From a virus (lineage: Duplodnaviria; Caudoviricetes): DNA of 64,000 nucleotides. The first letter of the stretch is position 1, and each line of letters begins with the position of its first letter. This document shows positions 12,701-21,656 of this stretch, piece by piece. The translations under genes and the position numbers were made by a program. The DNA is taken from positions 1 through 64,000 of the IMG/VR virus record IMGVR_UViG_3300017963_000032; one strand, given 5' to 3'. The notes below the pieces were generated by a model that saw only the letters and a list, made by a program, of their open reading frames with translations, did not search any database and had not been told where the DNA came from.

Positions 12701-15700
12701 ACAGATAGGGGTGCAGGCTCATTTGGGGAAGAAGGAATTTATTGGTATACTGCTAGTAGACCTAACATAACATACAATGTAGCAAATCTTTCAAGCGATA
12801 ATTTCGATGTCGGAACTCAAATAATATTAAGTTGCCTTGCTCAAGTAAACCCTAATAGTACATGGAAAAATAGTTCAACACTTACAATTAGTAGCTTGGC
12901 CCCTTTATGGCTGTATAGTTTACCAAATCAGACAGTGACTGAAGACTCTGGAACTACATTGTATCTAAACAACCTTTCAGATTATGCTTACGACCCAGAT
13001 GGCCAAAGAGTTGTTTTCTCAATACAAGATGAGAACACAAGCCAAGTTAATTGTAATATTGAAAGCAAGGACACACTTACCGACATAAACACAACATTAG
13101 ATTATGCAGGAGTTAACATAACAAATATAGCTAATGCTTTTGATGGGAACTGGAATTCTTATGCTTCAACATCAAACACCGGAGGAGGTTACGCTTATAT
13201 TTATCATAACATATCTATGAATGATACAACAACAAACGCAACCGTGACTTACAAGTTTCAAATAGACAGTGGTTCAGCACCCTTCTTTATGAATTTCTCA
13301 GCACAATGCTATAATTTTACAGCAATAAATTATAGTACATTCAATCTGACCCAAGGTTCTGTTACGTGTGCTGCATCAGCTTGTACACATACAAATACTA
13401 TTCCTGATGATTGTTTGAAAGGAGATAATCTAAGATTAAGATATGAGACCTATTCCAATAATGATAGAAAGTGGAGAGTATATGAGAGTAATTACACCAT
13501 CACAGATACCACCTATAATCTTTCAGGAACTCCAGCTGCTAACTGGAATGGCCTAGCTAATTGTACTGTGGGAATCAATGACAGCTCAACATGGGGAGAG
13601 AACAGGACTTTCTTCATAAACGTGACATCTGTACCTGACGCTCCAATCTTTGACCCGGCTTTAGAAAACAAGAGCACAAACTCAAGCCCACCAGATGTTT
13701 ACTTTTATTATGACATTAACTGTACAGACCCAGATGGAGGAAATGTAACTTATGCAAGCAATACAACTTGGCTCCCTATAAACTCAACAACAGGAGTAAT
13801 CAACACAACAGTCAATGATACTTTTGTAGGAAACAATTCAATACAGATAACATGTACAGACACAGGAGGATTATCAACTAATGGAACATTCGTTCTTCTT
13901 GTTAATGATACAAGCCCACCCGAAGTAACTTTGCTTCTTCCAACAAACGGAGGAAGACAAGTAGGAACTACAACAGAAGTAGCATACTCTCCTTATGATG
14001 GAAGCGGAGTTGCAAACTGTAGCTTGTATATTAACCAAGCTCTTAACCAGACAGATACTTCAATAACAAATGGGGGAAACAATTATTTCACCATTGATGT
14101 AACTCAAGGAAGCACTTATAATTGGAGCGTGAACTGCACAGACCCTCTCGGAAACAGGAACTCTTCTGTAACTTGGAACTTCACAGTTAACACACCACCT
14201 CCTGCAACAAACTTGTTGACTCCAGCTGACGGAGCATTTGTCGGTGGAGACTTAACTCAATTAACTTGGAACACCAGCATAACAGACCCTGATGGAGATA
14301 CATTGACTTATTATGTATGGTTTGGAACAACAGCAGTTCCGCCTTATTATTCAAACACTCAGCAAGGAAATTTAAATGTCCTGACAACATCAGAAGGAAC
14401 TTACTACTGGTATGTTAAAGTCTATGATGGATATGAGTATTCTGCTGCAACCCCTACTTGGGATTTCCAGAGAACCTTCCAGTCATTGACCTTAGAAATC
14501 CAGACCCCTGTATTAGCATATACAAATGAAACAGAAATATTATTCAATGTCAGTGCGGTTGGAGACAATGCAACATTAGATAGTGGAAAGCTAAACTTAA
14601 ATGGTTCAGTGTACTATGTTTTAGATTATAATAAGGTAAATGATACTCTTGTTTACTTCTACAGAAATGTCACAGGATTGACTGAAGGAAATTATAGTTA
14701 TTTCTTCAGCGTAAAGAACGATTTCAATGTAGAATCAATAACCCCTACTCAATATATATATGTTGACCTTAGCTTCCCGGGAGTATCATTCATAGCTCCA
14801 ACACCTGCTAATGGAAGCTTCTGGAACAAATCAGTGAATGGAACAAATGTTACAATCAACACTTCAATAGTGGAGCCGTTGCCAGATGATAAGAGACTTT
14901 ACTGGTACAAGATAGAAAATGGAGTTATAGTCAGCACAAAAACTAAAGTGTTGACTGCTGATGATTATGTATTATTCGAACCAGATGGAAGCTCATTTAA
15001 TAAATACCAAGTATGCGTTGAAGATGTATTCTCAAGAAGGAACTGCACAGAGAACAGGACAATATATGTGTATCCAAAAACAGCACCTTATTTATCTTCA
15101 TCTATTCCGAACCAGACTACATATAAGAATGTAAACTTAACTTCTGCATTCGACTTAGATGATTATTTCATAGACCCAAACAAGTGGACATTGACTTATA
15201 CTTCAAGAGAAGGAGACAACGTCACAATCACTATAAACTCAGATAACACAGTGGATATAGGTTTAGATAATAACTTTGTCGGAACAAGTTGGGTAATATT
15301 CAATGCTACTGACCCAGCAGGCCAGAGCGTAGAATCAAATAATGTTACAATAACTGTCGCCGACCCTTACCCAGAATATAGCAATCCAACTGAAAGTTCA
15401 GACCCAGTTTATTATGAGAATGCCTTTAACCTATCAATAGATTGGACAACGAATGGCGGAACTATGGATACAGTTATTTTAGAAGTTAACTGGACTGGAA
15501 CACTCACAAACTTTACTGTAACAAATGTATCAGATACATACTCCTATGAGCTCAACACCACAGATTATGGAGTAGGAACAATGTATTATAGATGGTATGC
15601 AAATAACAGCTTTAGCAATAGCAACCAGACAGGATGGTACAATATAACTCTTGCAAAATTCCAGACAGTAATAACTATGACTCTTAATGGAGCATCAGCA

Positions 15701-16381
15701 AACTTGACAATCATAACACCTACAACTGTAGAGATTAATGGAAGCATAACATGTGTTTATTGTACACAGAACTTGACTCTCTATAATGATACTGGAGATT
15801 TGTTAGCTAATCAAGCAAGTCCTTTATCATATAGCGAACTTGTAAACATTAGCATAGGAGAGAATATAACTTACACCATAAATTTCACAGGAAATGCAAA
15901 TTACACGGCTGCAAATCAGAGCTATACTGTTTTCATGACAGACAATCAAGCACCAGTATGGAGCACAATTCCAAATCAGACTCTAAAAAGAGGACATAAA
16001 CTTATTGTTAATCTAAGCCAATACGTGACAGACCCAGAAGGAGACCCAGTAAATTACTCAGTCTCAGCTCAAAACCTAGAGCAAGTTGCATGTGATATAA
16101 ACACAACAAATGGGAATGTAACTCTTTGGGGGATGGTTAATCAAACCACAAACCAGACTTGGTATGGGAATGCAACATGCACAATAGTTGCAACAGACGT
16201 AGGAGGCTCATCTAGCACAACACTTAACATAGAAGTTAACAGCACAGGATACGTAGTTATCGGAAACTTCCTAGATAACTATGCAGGATTCTGGAACATA
16301 ACCACTGTAGTCAACAGAAATATAAACCTGAGCTGTATTGCATGGGATACTTATGACTTTTCAAGGTGGAAATATGAATAA
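6779..16381 (+). CDS. Giant (3200 aa) adhesin/surface-type protein: Asp-box beta-propellers, Cys-paired propeller, cadherin/Ig-like repeats
   Basis: N-terminal hydrophobic segment; about 10 SxDxGxTW-like boxes; CxxxGxxC repeats; PNQT...DPDG repeats; dozens of N-x-S/T sequons. Confidence 0.75.
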   Translation: MVDYKKVTLGILAILISISIVYITFNNDLKMRIDEDKSTFYVKNDANRWVVAGREYNKLMDGSSNMYRDRRGITLETLVNNLTNTTTIIRTTPYQRGPVIKDTYFFDGKVTDKELFPIYHKVEVYNATGYYYRYEVRDLTYDGPTFKLDGNQTMQEFGRNMKVTWWDDYRLGWVYKSGSMYVKSEKITSDYVSFNVRLFDPPPLPTATGSIATARIYNTTVFETGGAGLAKYPIFGQKFVETNDGNLYMVTLNNADSMLYCLNSSDGGTTWSSTDITSILPSGAGLWFYPTVVSNGTRLVFIFEHGNPTNNLSSAYSDTGCNATQINDTFTYVSDEDTAINDQLYDVVYDDVNKRYVVTKTSYDSGNLTVYNTSDLTSWDKYVITPSNKTVTNLAVDTSGRMLTLIHNSTSATYDGFTVVYASDDLRTWDVILNVTLSDSPVLGYPSVSVNPYNNDYYVAGIQGIGTTNDNLTVYRSTDNGTTWTNYTFASSSTYEGNISRFSGFKMVFYDEYRVFLPYGKFNSDTMIYLAYSSNRGVTWDVDSLVVNGTGYTLPVAFNGRQSMWPVSNRFTNFSKLDFKFITDGVPINEYYEQTQINVSPFWTTALPNQTVSTYDPVLFSNLSDYVDDGGTGSITFSVEEENVYQVDCVISTNELSVRVWPGFRGLASCTIGTNNSQFDGDNYTIYINSTYDPFVEANLTTESVGVTVQAGGSTVAGNRMVKTNDGNLYLFYPYASSGDLMCANSSDGGQTWTTTEMVDFSVYEVSYVRAATNGSRIVVVASDTTSPPGPYLISFKTDTGCNATEFTTYNRTIPLTPFYHGLEYDGTRDQYIRCYADYVDGSGNLTFANSTNGINWTTKVIDTKAGALGWFECDIDVNTKGEIVMFANDISDELITFASDDFFTTWTNETFTPENTPAVGNVFADYNTDYFYFTYFTSDRINMSFYRSRDGGVTWEERTKIPGVFQKTPQSTYDSTPGGMWTNDDKIIHIFSQQNTGSGSQSAVFYTSTFDQGLTWTQPHVVDAASGSFGTAYPSAMYANFPTEMRGELSREINIQYVNHSPFTMVAAIYNLTAIDEFTLPRLYPETIYTNNSLYLYCEPSVYNRSTNITRLDYDVYKNGVSILSGNRTPEENYTEGELITTVQGGLTYYPQVVENSDGDLTYVTTYYNGTGLGVYIYLCDKWGQDCTRRLVEGNASAYLPINIGGGDSLVSLSGGGYAMIYEYDSNSAFGLAVCDRKGENCQRTQLADNGDVGTYASMMQHSNGDIIVSGGTSTTYGTFWVCDSTGVTCTAKNFTTGEGGYRSDIREMSDGNITVSYVASAACKVRQCNATGDSCTSATTIDSSNCDYAKFVNKESGDDIDVVTGDSNQDRLQIYLCDSTGASCTYRILAQYTDPCSMTYRDSFTTSRGDIITSIIPTCVSDTLQHVICNSTGQDCVIRNITTGLASSTRVWSAIETSSEIIVTAPSKTSNPGYLYFTNPYTYSRGEEYFMIEVGSGNFSKGDNLTGSCRANSTDGTLTSWFNTSVLTVSNLAPYWLYDLPNQTVLENSGTTTVLNNLSSYANDLDSDTIIFSVVDENTSKVDCTIIEQICSDWPINNCTFNNSYQSLSPPIWWTQNMSVEQNGTAYGFTWFSSNSEWNETLYFCRDSDFDWICDSGNGVYDVSGEGYTNDAGGVWHTFYFNETLEITTAPMQILMVGKGDIETKGGNGNTYGATALCIALSGTQPINLSCTPNFAPYRGAILYTPEELSVTPATNWSGNSNCTVNIQEISGADGGNKTFWTTVTEIPFIDSVTIEPDPAYANDTLQGYCNYTYSDSDANGTLYYKWYRNNQELSSGSTSKGFCYQESFNTTNQSGTDGSCGLDYSGSIDFDTEPSDAWKGIDGNYGTYVVLGYAEADIVYKKPQDAISAIWQFTSRPAYGVIVNQTIPDACWDYSPDNITLHVYYADAPSTDSFGNYTCWDGSSWVEIYSLTDRGAGSFGEEGIYWYTASRPNITYNVANLSSDNFDVGTQIILSCLAQVNPNSTWKNSSTLTISSLAPLWLYSLPNQTVTEDSGTTLYLNNLSDYAYDPDGQRVVFSIQDENTSQVNCNIESKDTLTDINTTLDYAGVNITNIANAFDGNWNSYASTSNTGGGYAYIYHNISMNDTTTNATVTYKFQIDSGSAPFFMNFSAQCYNFTAINYSTFNLTQGSVTCAASACTHTNTIPDDCLKGDNLRLRYETYSNNDRKWRVYESNYTITDTTYNLSGTPAANWNGLANCTVGINDSSTWGENRTFFINVTSVPDAPIFDPALENKSTNSSPPDVYFYYDINCTDPDGGNVTYASNTTWLPINSTTGVINTTVNDTFVGNNSIQITCTDTGGLSTNGTFVLLVNDTSPPEVTLLLPTNGGRQVGTTTEVAYSPYDGSGVANCSLYINQALNQTDTSITNGGNNYFTIDVTQGSTYNWSVNCTDPLGNRNSSVTWNFTVNTPPPATNLLTPADGAFVGGDLTQLTWNTSITDPDGDTLTYYVWFGTTAVPPYYSNTQQGNLNVLTTSEGTYYWYVKVYDGYEYSAATPTWDFQRTFQSLTLEIQTPVLAYTNETEILFNVSAVGDNATLDSGKLNLNGSVYYVLDYNKVNDTLVYFYRNVTGLTEGNYSYFFSVKNDFNVESITPTQYIYVDLSFPGVSFIAPTPANGSFWNKSVNGTNVTINTSIVEPLPDDKRLYWYKIENGVIVSTKTKVLTADDYVLFEPDGSSFNKYQVCVEDVFSRRNCTENRTIYVYPKTAPYLSSSIPNQTTYKNVNLTSAFDLDDYFIDPNKWTLTYTSREGDNVTITINSDNTVDIGLDNNFVGTSWVIFNATDPAGQSVESNNVTITVADPYPEYSNPTESSDPVYYENAFNLSIDWTTNGGTMDTVILEVNWTGTLTNFTVTNVSDTYSYELNTTDYGVGTMYYRWYANNSFSNSNQTGWYNITLAKFQTVITMTLNGASANLTIITPTTVEINGSITCVYCTQNLTLYNDTGDLLANQASPLSYSELVNISIGENITYTINFTGNANYTAANQSYTVFMTDNQAPVWSTIPNQTLKRGHKLIVNLSQYVTDPEGDPVNYSVSAQNLEQVACDINTTNGNVTLWGMVNQTTNQTWYGNATCTIVATDVGGSSSTTLNIEVNSTGYVVIGNFLDNYAGFWNITTVVNRNINLSCIAWDTYDFSRWKYE

Positions 16382-19277
16382 GAAAATACTTTTGATAATG
16401 CTTGTAATGATTTTGCTAGCTGCACCAGTATTCGCAACAGTCTATCAAGTCCCATCCGAATATAATTATTCTGCTGCTTACGCACTAGCTAGTGAGAATG
16501 ATACAATAAATGTTTCTTCAGGAAGTATAGATGCAGTTGTTGCAAAAGGAATAATAATCAGAGCCTATAATACTTCGGTGTCTTATTTGAACATAACATC
16601 AAGTGCAAAAATATTTGGAATCAATGTCACAGGCGGACAATATTTTGGAAGCAAAGGAACGTACAACGTTGATGGTTATGATAAGGCAGCGATTTTCGCT
16701 TCAGGAAATAACATTTATTTAGAGGATGTAACAATAACTTCAATAGCTGGTCAGAATGGAGGGGCAAAAAGCGCAGGAAGCGGAGGAGTTAGAAGATGTT
16801 ATAATGGTGCTGGAGGAAATGGTTATGGTATTTATAGCACAGCGGCAGGCCTCAAGACAGAGAACCTTCAAATAACTTCAATCTCAGGAGGAGTTGGGAG
16901 CAGTTCCGCAAGAGCCGATTCTGACGATGACGATGACTGCGAGGGAGGAATTGGTGGAGATGCTTATGGGATTTACAATTCTGAAGGCCACATGCAAATT
17001 TATAATTCTCAAATAACTACTGTAAGAAGTGGAAATGGAGGTAATGCAGACGCTGATGATGGAGATGCCAGTGGAGGAGTAAACGGATATGCATATGGGA
17101 TTTACACTGATGATTATACTAGCGTAATAAATTCAACAATAACTTCAGTAACTGGCGGAACTGTAGGTAAAGCATATAATGATGATGAGTGCGATGCTAC
17201 AAACGGTCGTTCAGCAAGAGGTTCTTATGCTTTCTATGGGGACGATTACAATTTAATTTCAAACTCAACTATAACAACAGTCCAAGGAGGAACAGGAGGC
17301 CAAGGGGATATTGATGGCGGTTGCGACGGAGATGATGACGAGAACGGTTGGGACGGAGGTTCAGGTGGATTTTCTTATGGTATAAGAACAGATAGAAATG
17401 CCTATGTTTATGGAAATACCGTCTCAGCAATAACTGGAGGAACTGGAGTTAATGGAGGTTCTGGAACAGGTGGAGAATGTGAAGACGGAGGAGACGGAGG
17501 AAGCTCAGGAGCAGTTTATGCAATAAGGATAGCGGCAAACTCAAATACTTATGATAATATAGTTTATGATTTAAATGGAGGAGTTGCAGGAAATGGAATA
17601 AGTGACAATGGAGACGGGGGAAACGGAGGAACAGCATCAGGTTTGATAGCATTATACTGTACAGGAGTGGGTTGTGATATTTATTCCAACACAGTTTATG
17701 ATTTAGAAGGGAGCAATGGAGGTGTAGGTGGAGCTAACACAGATGATGACTGTAAAGACAATGGGGGAAGCGGAGGTGCAGGTTCTTCAACTTATGCATC
17801 ATATTTTACTTCAAACTCAAATACTTATGTTTATAATAATAATTTCACAGACTTGAACCCGGGAGATGGAGCGGCACCGGGAAGCAATAGGAGAGCAGGT
17901 TACAGAAGTTATGGTGGAAGTGGAGGAAGCTCTTATGGTATGTTTAGTTCTTCAGGAGCAGTCGGAGACATAACACATTATAATAATTCAATGAGTGATT
18001 TCACATGGGGAAACAGAGGATGTGATAAAATTCAAGGAACTAACAGGTGTGATTTAAACCCTGATGATTTTGGGAATGTCATCCCTTTGACAAATTCTTC
18101 AGTAACAGAACCAACACCTCAAACTTCACAAAGCGAAGAAACAGGCTCAACTATAACAATAAATTGGTATACTACATTAGATATTTATGGAACTGGAACA
18201 ACTGGTTCGGCTTTAGCAGTTAATTATGATTTGTATCATGGAGACAACAGCTCAGTCCAAACAAGCAGCATAGGTTCTGCAACATTATCAACTGACTGTT
18301 CAAATATTGTTTGCTCAAAGACATGGACTTATGGAGCAGAAACAGGAAGAGCTTACATCAAAGTCAACAGTTCAACAACAACCCTCACAAGCGCATACAC
18401 TCTTGAAGAAGTAAGTAAATATTATTATATATTGCCTTATACTTTTACAGTCTCAGCTTATCCAACATCAAGCCCGTACAGAACTTCTAACTTAACTTGC
18501 AAAGCTTACATAACAAGCACAGAAGTTTATGCAGCAACAGGGAATGTAACTTGGTACAAGAACGGAGCGTATTTCTCAAACCAAACAGGACAAAGCATAG
18601 CCCTGAATTCAAACGTGACAATCTCACCTCAAGTTAATATATCAGACTTAACAGTTGATGATGTATGGAATTGTTCTATTTCTGTAACCGACACTGTAAA
18701 GTCTTCAAGTGATAGTGATACAACAACTATTTTGAATTACAGACCTACAAATCCAACTGACTTACAATGCAATGAGACAACATGTCCTGCAAGCAAAGTT
18801 GATTGGTTCTATATTAATTGCAATGGGAGTACGGATACAGAGAATGACACAATCAGTTATTTCATCGGAGCAGAAAGTCCAACAATGGAATCTCTTCCAA
18901 ACATGACTCAAGTTAACAACAGATTAGATATTCAGTTCTGCTCAGGAATAAGCATCTTACAATTCAGACCTGACATGTCAAACTTCAACTTTACCAGCTT
19001 GACTTTGACCCAATATAATGTGACTGCAACAAATGTTTCAACAGCAGGATGCCTTTACAATGCAACATGCACTTATGATTGTCCAATAAATGTAACTGCT
19101 TATGTTAGCTCTTCATCCAGCACTCATAATATAACATGTAATAATACTGTCTTGACTACTTCACCTCAAGTAGTTTATACTGGAGTGAACACAAGTTATT
19201 TCCCTTTCAACTGTACAATGGATTATGTGAATGCAACGGGCGGTTACGATTTCAACCTACTATTTGATATACAATGA
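16374..19277 (+). CDS. Secreted Gly/Asp-rich beta-helix protein with C-terminal Ig-like domains
   Basis: Signal peptide MNKKILLIMLVMILLAAPVFA (start moved to ATG 16374 with AGGTGG RBS); GGxGG + AYGIY repeats; many sequons. Confidence 0.7.
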   Translation: MNKKILLIMLVMILLAAPVFATVYQVPSEYNYSAAYALASENDTINVSSGSIDAVVAKGIIIRAYNTSVSYLNITSSAKIFGINVTGGQYFGSKGTYNVDGYDKAAIFASGNNIYLEDVTITSIAGQNGGAKSAGSGGVRRCYNGAGGNGYGIYSTAAGLKTENLQITSISGGVGSSSARADSDDDDDCEGGIGGDAYGIYNSEGHMQIYNSQITTVRSGNGGNADADDGDASGGVNGYAYGIYTDDYTSVINSTITSVTGGTVGKAYNDDECDATNGRSARGSYAFYGDDYNLISNSTITTVQGGTGGQGDIDGGCDGDDDENGWDGGSGGFSYGIRTDRNAYVYGNTVSAITGGTGVNGGSGTGGECEDGGDGGSSGAVYAIRIAANSNTYDNIVYDLNGGVAGNGISDNGDGGNGGTASGLIALYCTGVGCDIYSNTVYDLEGSNGGVGGANTDDDCKDNGGSGGAGSSTYASYFTSNSNTYVYNNNFTDLNPGDGAAPGSNRRAGYRSYGGSGGSSYGMFSSSGAVGDITHYNNSMSDFTWGNRGCDKIQGTNRCDLNPDDFGNVIPLTNSSVTEPTPQTSQSEETGSTITINWYTTLDIYGTGTTGSALAVNYDLYHGDNSSVQTSSIGSATLSTDCSNIVCSKTWTYGAETGRAYIKVNSSTTTLTSAYTLEEVSKYYYILPYTFTVSAYPTSSPYRTSNLTCKAYITSTEVYAATGNVTWYKNGAYFSNQTGQSIALNSNVTISPQVNISDLTVDDVWNCSISVTDTVKSSSDSDTTTILNYRPTNPTDLQCNETTCPASKVDWFYINCNGSTDTENDTISYFIGAESPTMESLPNMTQVNNRLDIQFCSGISILQFRPDMSNFNFTSLTLTQYNVTATNVSTAGCLYNATCTYDCPINVTAYVSSSSSTHNITCNNTVLTTSPQVVYTGVNTSYFPFNCTMDYVNATGGYDFNLLFDIQ

Positions 19278-19603
19278 CACCAAGAGCAACATTCGGAGGC
19301 TCAGGAGATTTTCCAAGCCTATTAGCAAGTAAACAGATTCACTTAGGCAATACCATAGTCAGAGTAAATATAAGGTGTGTCTTTGAAGGAACAATCCGGA
19401 TGGAGATGACTGCCGATGGAACTAACTGGGAGTATGTTGGAGCATTGACTAGCGGAATTTTATCAACATATACTTTTACAAATCCCGGGGGAAATGTCCA
19501 GTACAGGATAATTGGATATTCTGGAGCCAAACTAAAGAATGAATATAATGCTGACGGCAGTTACAGCAAAGCCGCAATAAGAATAGAACTAGCTGAGGTA
19601 TGA
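19274..19603 (+). CDS. Hypothetical protein
   Basis: Translationally coupled ORF. Confidence 0.55.
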   Translation: MTPRATFGGSGDFPSLLASKQIHLGNTIVRVNIRCVFEGTIRMEMTADGTNWEYVGALTSGILSTYTFTNPGGNVQYRIIGYSGAKLKNEYNADGSYSKAAIRIELAEV

Positions 19604-20436
19604 AAATGGTAAACACACAATATTGGCTTGAGCTAATTAAACGTTATTTCAGGCATGGAAAATTTGTTTTGGACTTAGAACCTTTAGATGTAGATAAGAG
19701 GGATTTAAAGCTTAGAGGAAGGCCTAAATCAGGCACTGTAGACTTATCATGGGATGACCAAGAAGTAAAATATCAGGGCAGAGTTGGAAGCTGTGCTAGC
19801 CATACTGCAATGAGCTTGTTCGAACAGCAGATAAACAAGATTAATGTTAATTTCTTGAGAGACCCGGTATTCAAAAAGGGCTTCAGCGAGAGATACCATT
19901 ACTATTTTGCAAGGAAACTCAACGGAGGCTTCCCAAAGTTTGGAGGGATGACAGTTAGAGATATGTTCAAAGTGATGCACAAGTATGGGATGGCCCCAGA
20001 TAAATTATGCCCGTACAAGATAGCAGAACTGAATGATGAACCAAACTTTGCAGCCCAACAATATGGGAGGAACTTCTGGAAAATTAAGGACTACTTTTTC
20101 ATAAAGGATTCCGATGAAGTTGTTACCTGCCTTAACTCTGGAAGAGCCGTAGGGATAGGACTTAAAGTATGGAATTTCAAAGCCGATAAGACAACAGGGT
20201 ATATCCCAATGCCTGATTTAAAAAGAGAGACTTACAGGGGAGGGCATGCTGTAACCCTTCTAGGCTATGATGCCATGCTCGATAGGTTCAAAGGAATCAA
20301 CAGCTGGGGAACTTGGTGGGGAAAAAAAGGTTATTTTTATATAGATAGAGAGTATGTTGATACTCACAACGTTGGAATTGGGTCTTGTAACATAGACCCT
20401 AAATGGATTAAAACAGGAGGTGCATCAAATGTATGA
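19600..20436 (+). CDS. Papain-like C1 cysteine peptidase
   Basis: QGRVGSC (Gln/Cys), GGHAV (His), NSWGxxWGxxGY (Asn) catalytic motifs. Confidence 0.9.
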   Translation: MKMVNTQYWLELIKRYFRHGKFVLDLEPLDVDKRDLKLRGRPKSGTVDLSWDDQEVKYQGRVGSCASHTAMSLFEQQINKINVNFLRDPVFKKGFSERYHYYFARKLNGGFPKFGGMTVRDMFKVMHKYGMAPDKLCPYKIAELNDEPNFAAQQYGRNFWKIKDYFFIKDSDEVVTCLNSGRAVGIGLKVWNFKADKTTGYIPMPDLKRETYRGGHAVTLLGYDAMLDRFKGINSWGTWWGKKGYFYIDREYVDTHNVGIGSCNIDPKWIKTGGASNV

Positions 20437-20716
20437 CCATATAATCGGAGGCGCTATTGCTGGGCTTGGATATTCCTTGCTTGGTTATGGAAAGAACCTC
20501 AAAGAAAAAGAAGAAAGTTTTGACTGGACAAAGTTCGGTAAGAGCATAGTAATCTGTACAGTTGTTGGAGGAGTTACAGGTTACACAGGAGCAGACTTCA
20601 ATGCGGCTTTAACAGGTAGCATGGGTATTGCTATAACAAGTGTTGTAAACAACGCTGTAAGGTTTGTAAAGACCTTTCTAGAGAAAAAAGGAGTGAAGCT
20701 CAAAAAGAAAAAATAG
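20429..20716 (+). CDS. Small membrane protein, holin-like
   Basis: GGAGGTG RBS; 2-3 hydrophobic helices and basic C-terminus; follows peptidase. Confidence 0.55.
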   Translation: MYDHIIGGAIAGLGYSLLGYGKNLKEKEESFDWTKFGKSIVICTVVGGVTGYTGADFNAALTGSMGIAITSVVNNAVRFVKTFLEKKGVKLKKKK

Positions 20717-20940
20717 AAACTCTTGAGTTATAACTGGAGCAATGACGCTCAAGAAGAAGGTCCGGGAGATTCTTTGGAATCTCTTGGACTGGATTATTTC
20801 TAAGTACTATACTGCCGAGTATCTTGAGGTAAATACTAGAGGAAAAGTAATTGCAAAAATTAAAATAAGAAGAAAGTAAATTTTCTACTTCTTAATTGTT
20901 ACAAAAGTTTATATAATAATTATATCACAAAAATACAAAA

Positions 20941-21174
20941 ATGGGAAAAAATATTACAATTTCTGATGAGCTGCACAGGAAGCTCAAAGTTGAAGCTGCA
21001 CAAGCAGGTGATACACTACAAGATTATGTTGAAGAAAAGCTGGAGGGTTCTAAATTGATAAAGAAAAAAGATGATAAATCCATTGAAGAAATCAAAGAAG
21101 GACTTGGAGATGGAAAACAGGTTACTTCAGAAGCACTCGAAGCAGCCAATAGGAAGAAGAGATTAGCAGAATAG
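20941..21174 (+). CDS. Ribbon-helix-helix DNA-binding protein
   Basis: KNITISDELHRKLKVEAA motif; preceded by TTTATATA box. Confidence 0.65.
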   Translation: MGKNITISDELHRKLKVEAAQAGDTLQDYVEEKLEGSKLIKKKDDKSIEEIKEGLGDGKQVTSEALEAANRKKRLAE

Positions 21175-21185
21175 AGGTAAAGTAA

Positions 21186-21656
21186 ATGTTTGATTGGTGG
21201 TTTAAGAAAACAAGGTCCATAGACGATTTGAGGGAGACTCTTGAAGTCCCCGAGTATAGAGAGTTCTTACTATTTTACACCAAAAACAACAATGAGATAA
21301 TAAACCCGATGGGGTTCTTTCATCTATTCAGATATTTTCATGTAGAAAAATCTAAGAATCCAAACCTCAAAGACATAGGTGCGTACGTTCTAAAGAAAAT
21401 AAAGGAGCTGAAGAACAAAGAATTTAAAGCTGCACCGCCAATGGTAAAGCTTAACATTAAAAACTTCACAAAGTTATGGAAAGATTTAGAAGTGGAATTC
21501 AGACACAAAAACAGATACAAGATGCTCAAAGAATTTCTTTTTATGTGCAGTGATGATGACATCCCATGGGTTGTCAGATTCTTATGCAAAGAAGTAAGAT
21601 TCCCAAAAGGATGGGATAAAATAATTGAGGAGGCAAAACAAGATGGAAAGATATAG
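21186..21656 (+). CDS. Hypothetical protein, possibly DNA ligase N-terminal-like helical domain
   Basis: FLFMCSDDDIPWVVRFL resembles ligase DNA-binding domain; weak. Confidence 0.35.
   Translation: MFDWWFKKTRSIDDLRETLEVPEYREFLLFYTKNNNEIINPMGFFHLFRYFHVEKSKNPNLKDIGAYVLKKIKELKNKEFKAAPPMVKLNIKNFTKLWKDLEVEFRHKNRYKMLKEFLFMCSDDDIPWVVRFLCKEVRFPKGWDKIIEEAKQDGKI

Noticed and set aside
6779-19277. Diversity-generating retroelement acting on the adhesins
   Set aside because: No reverse transcriptase and no TR/VR pair differing at adenines was seen
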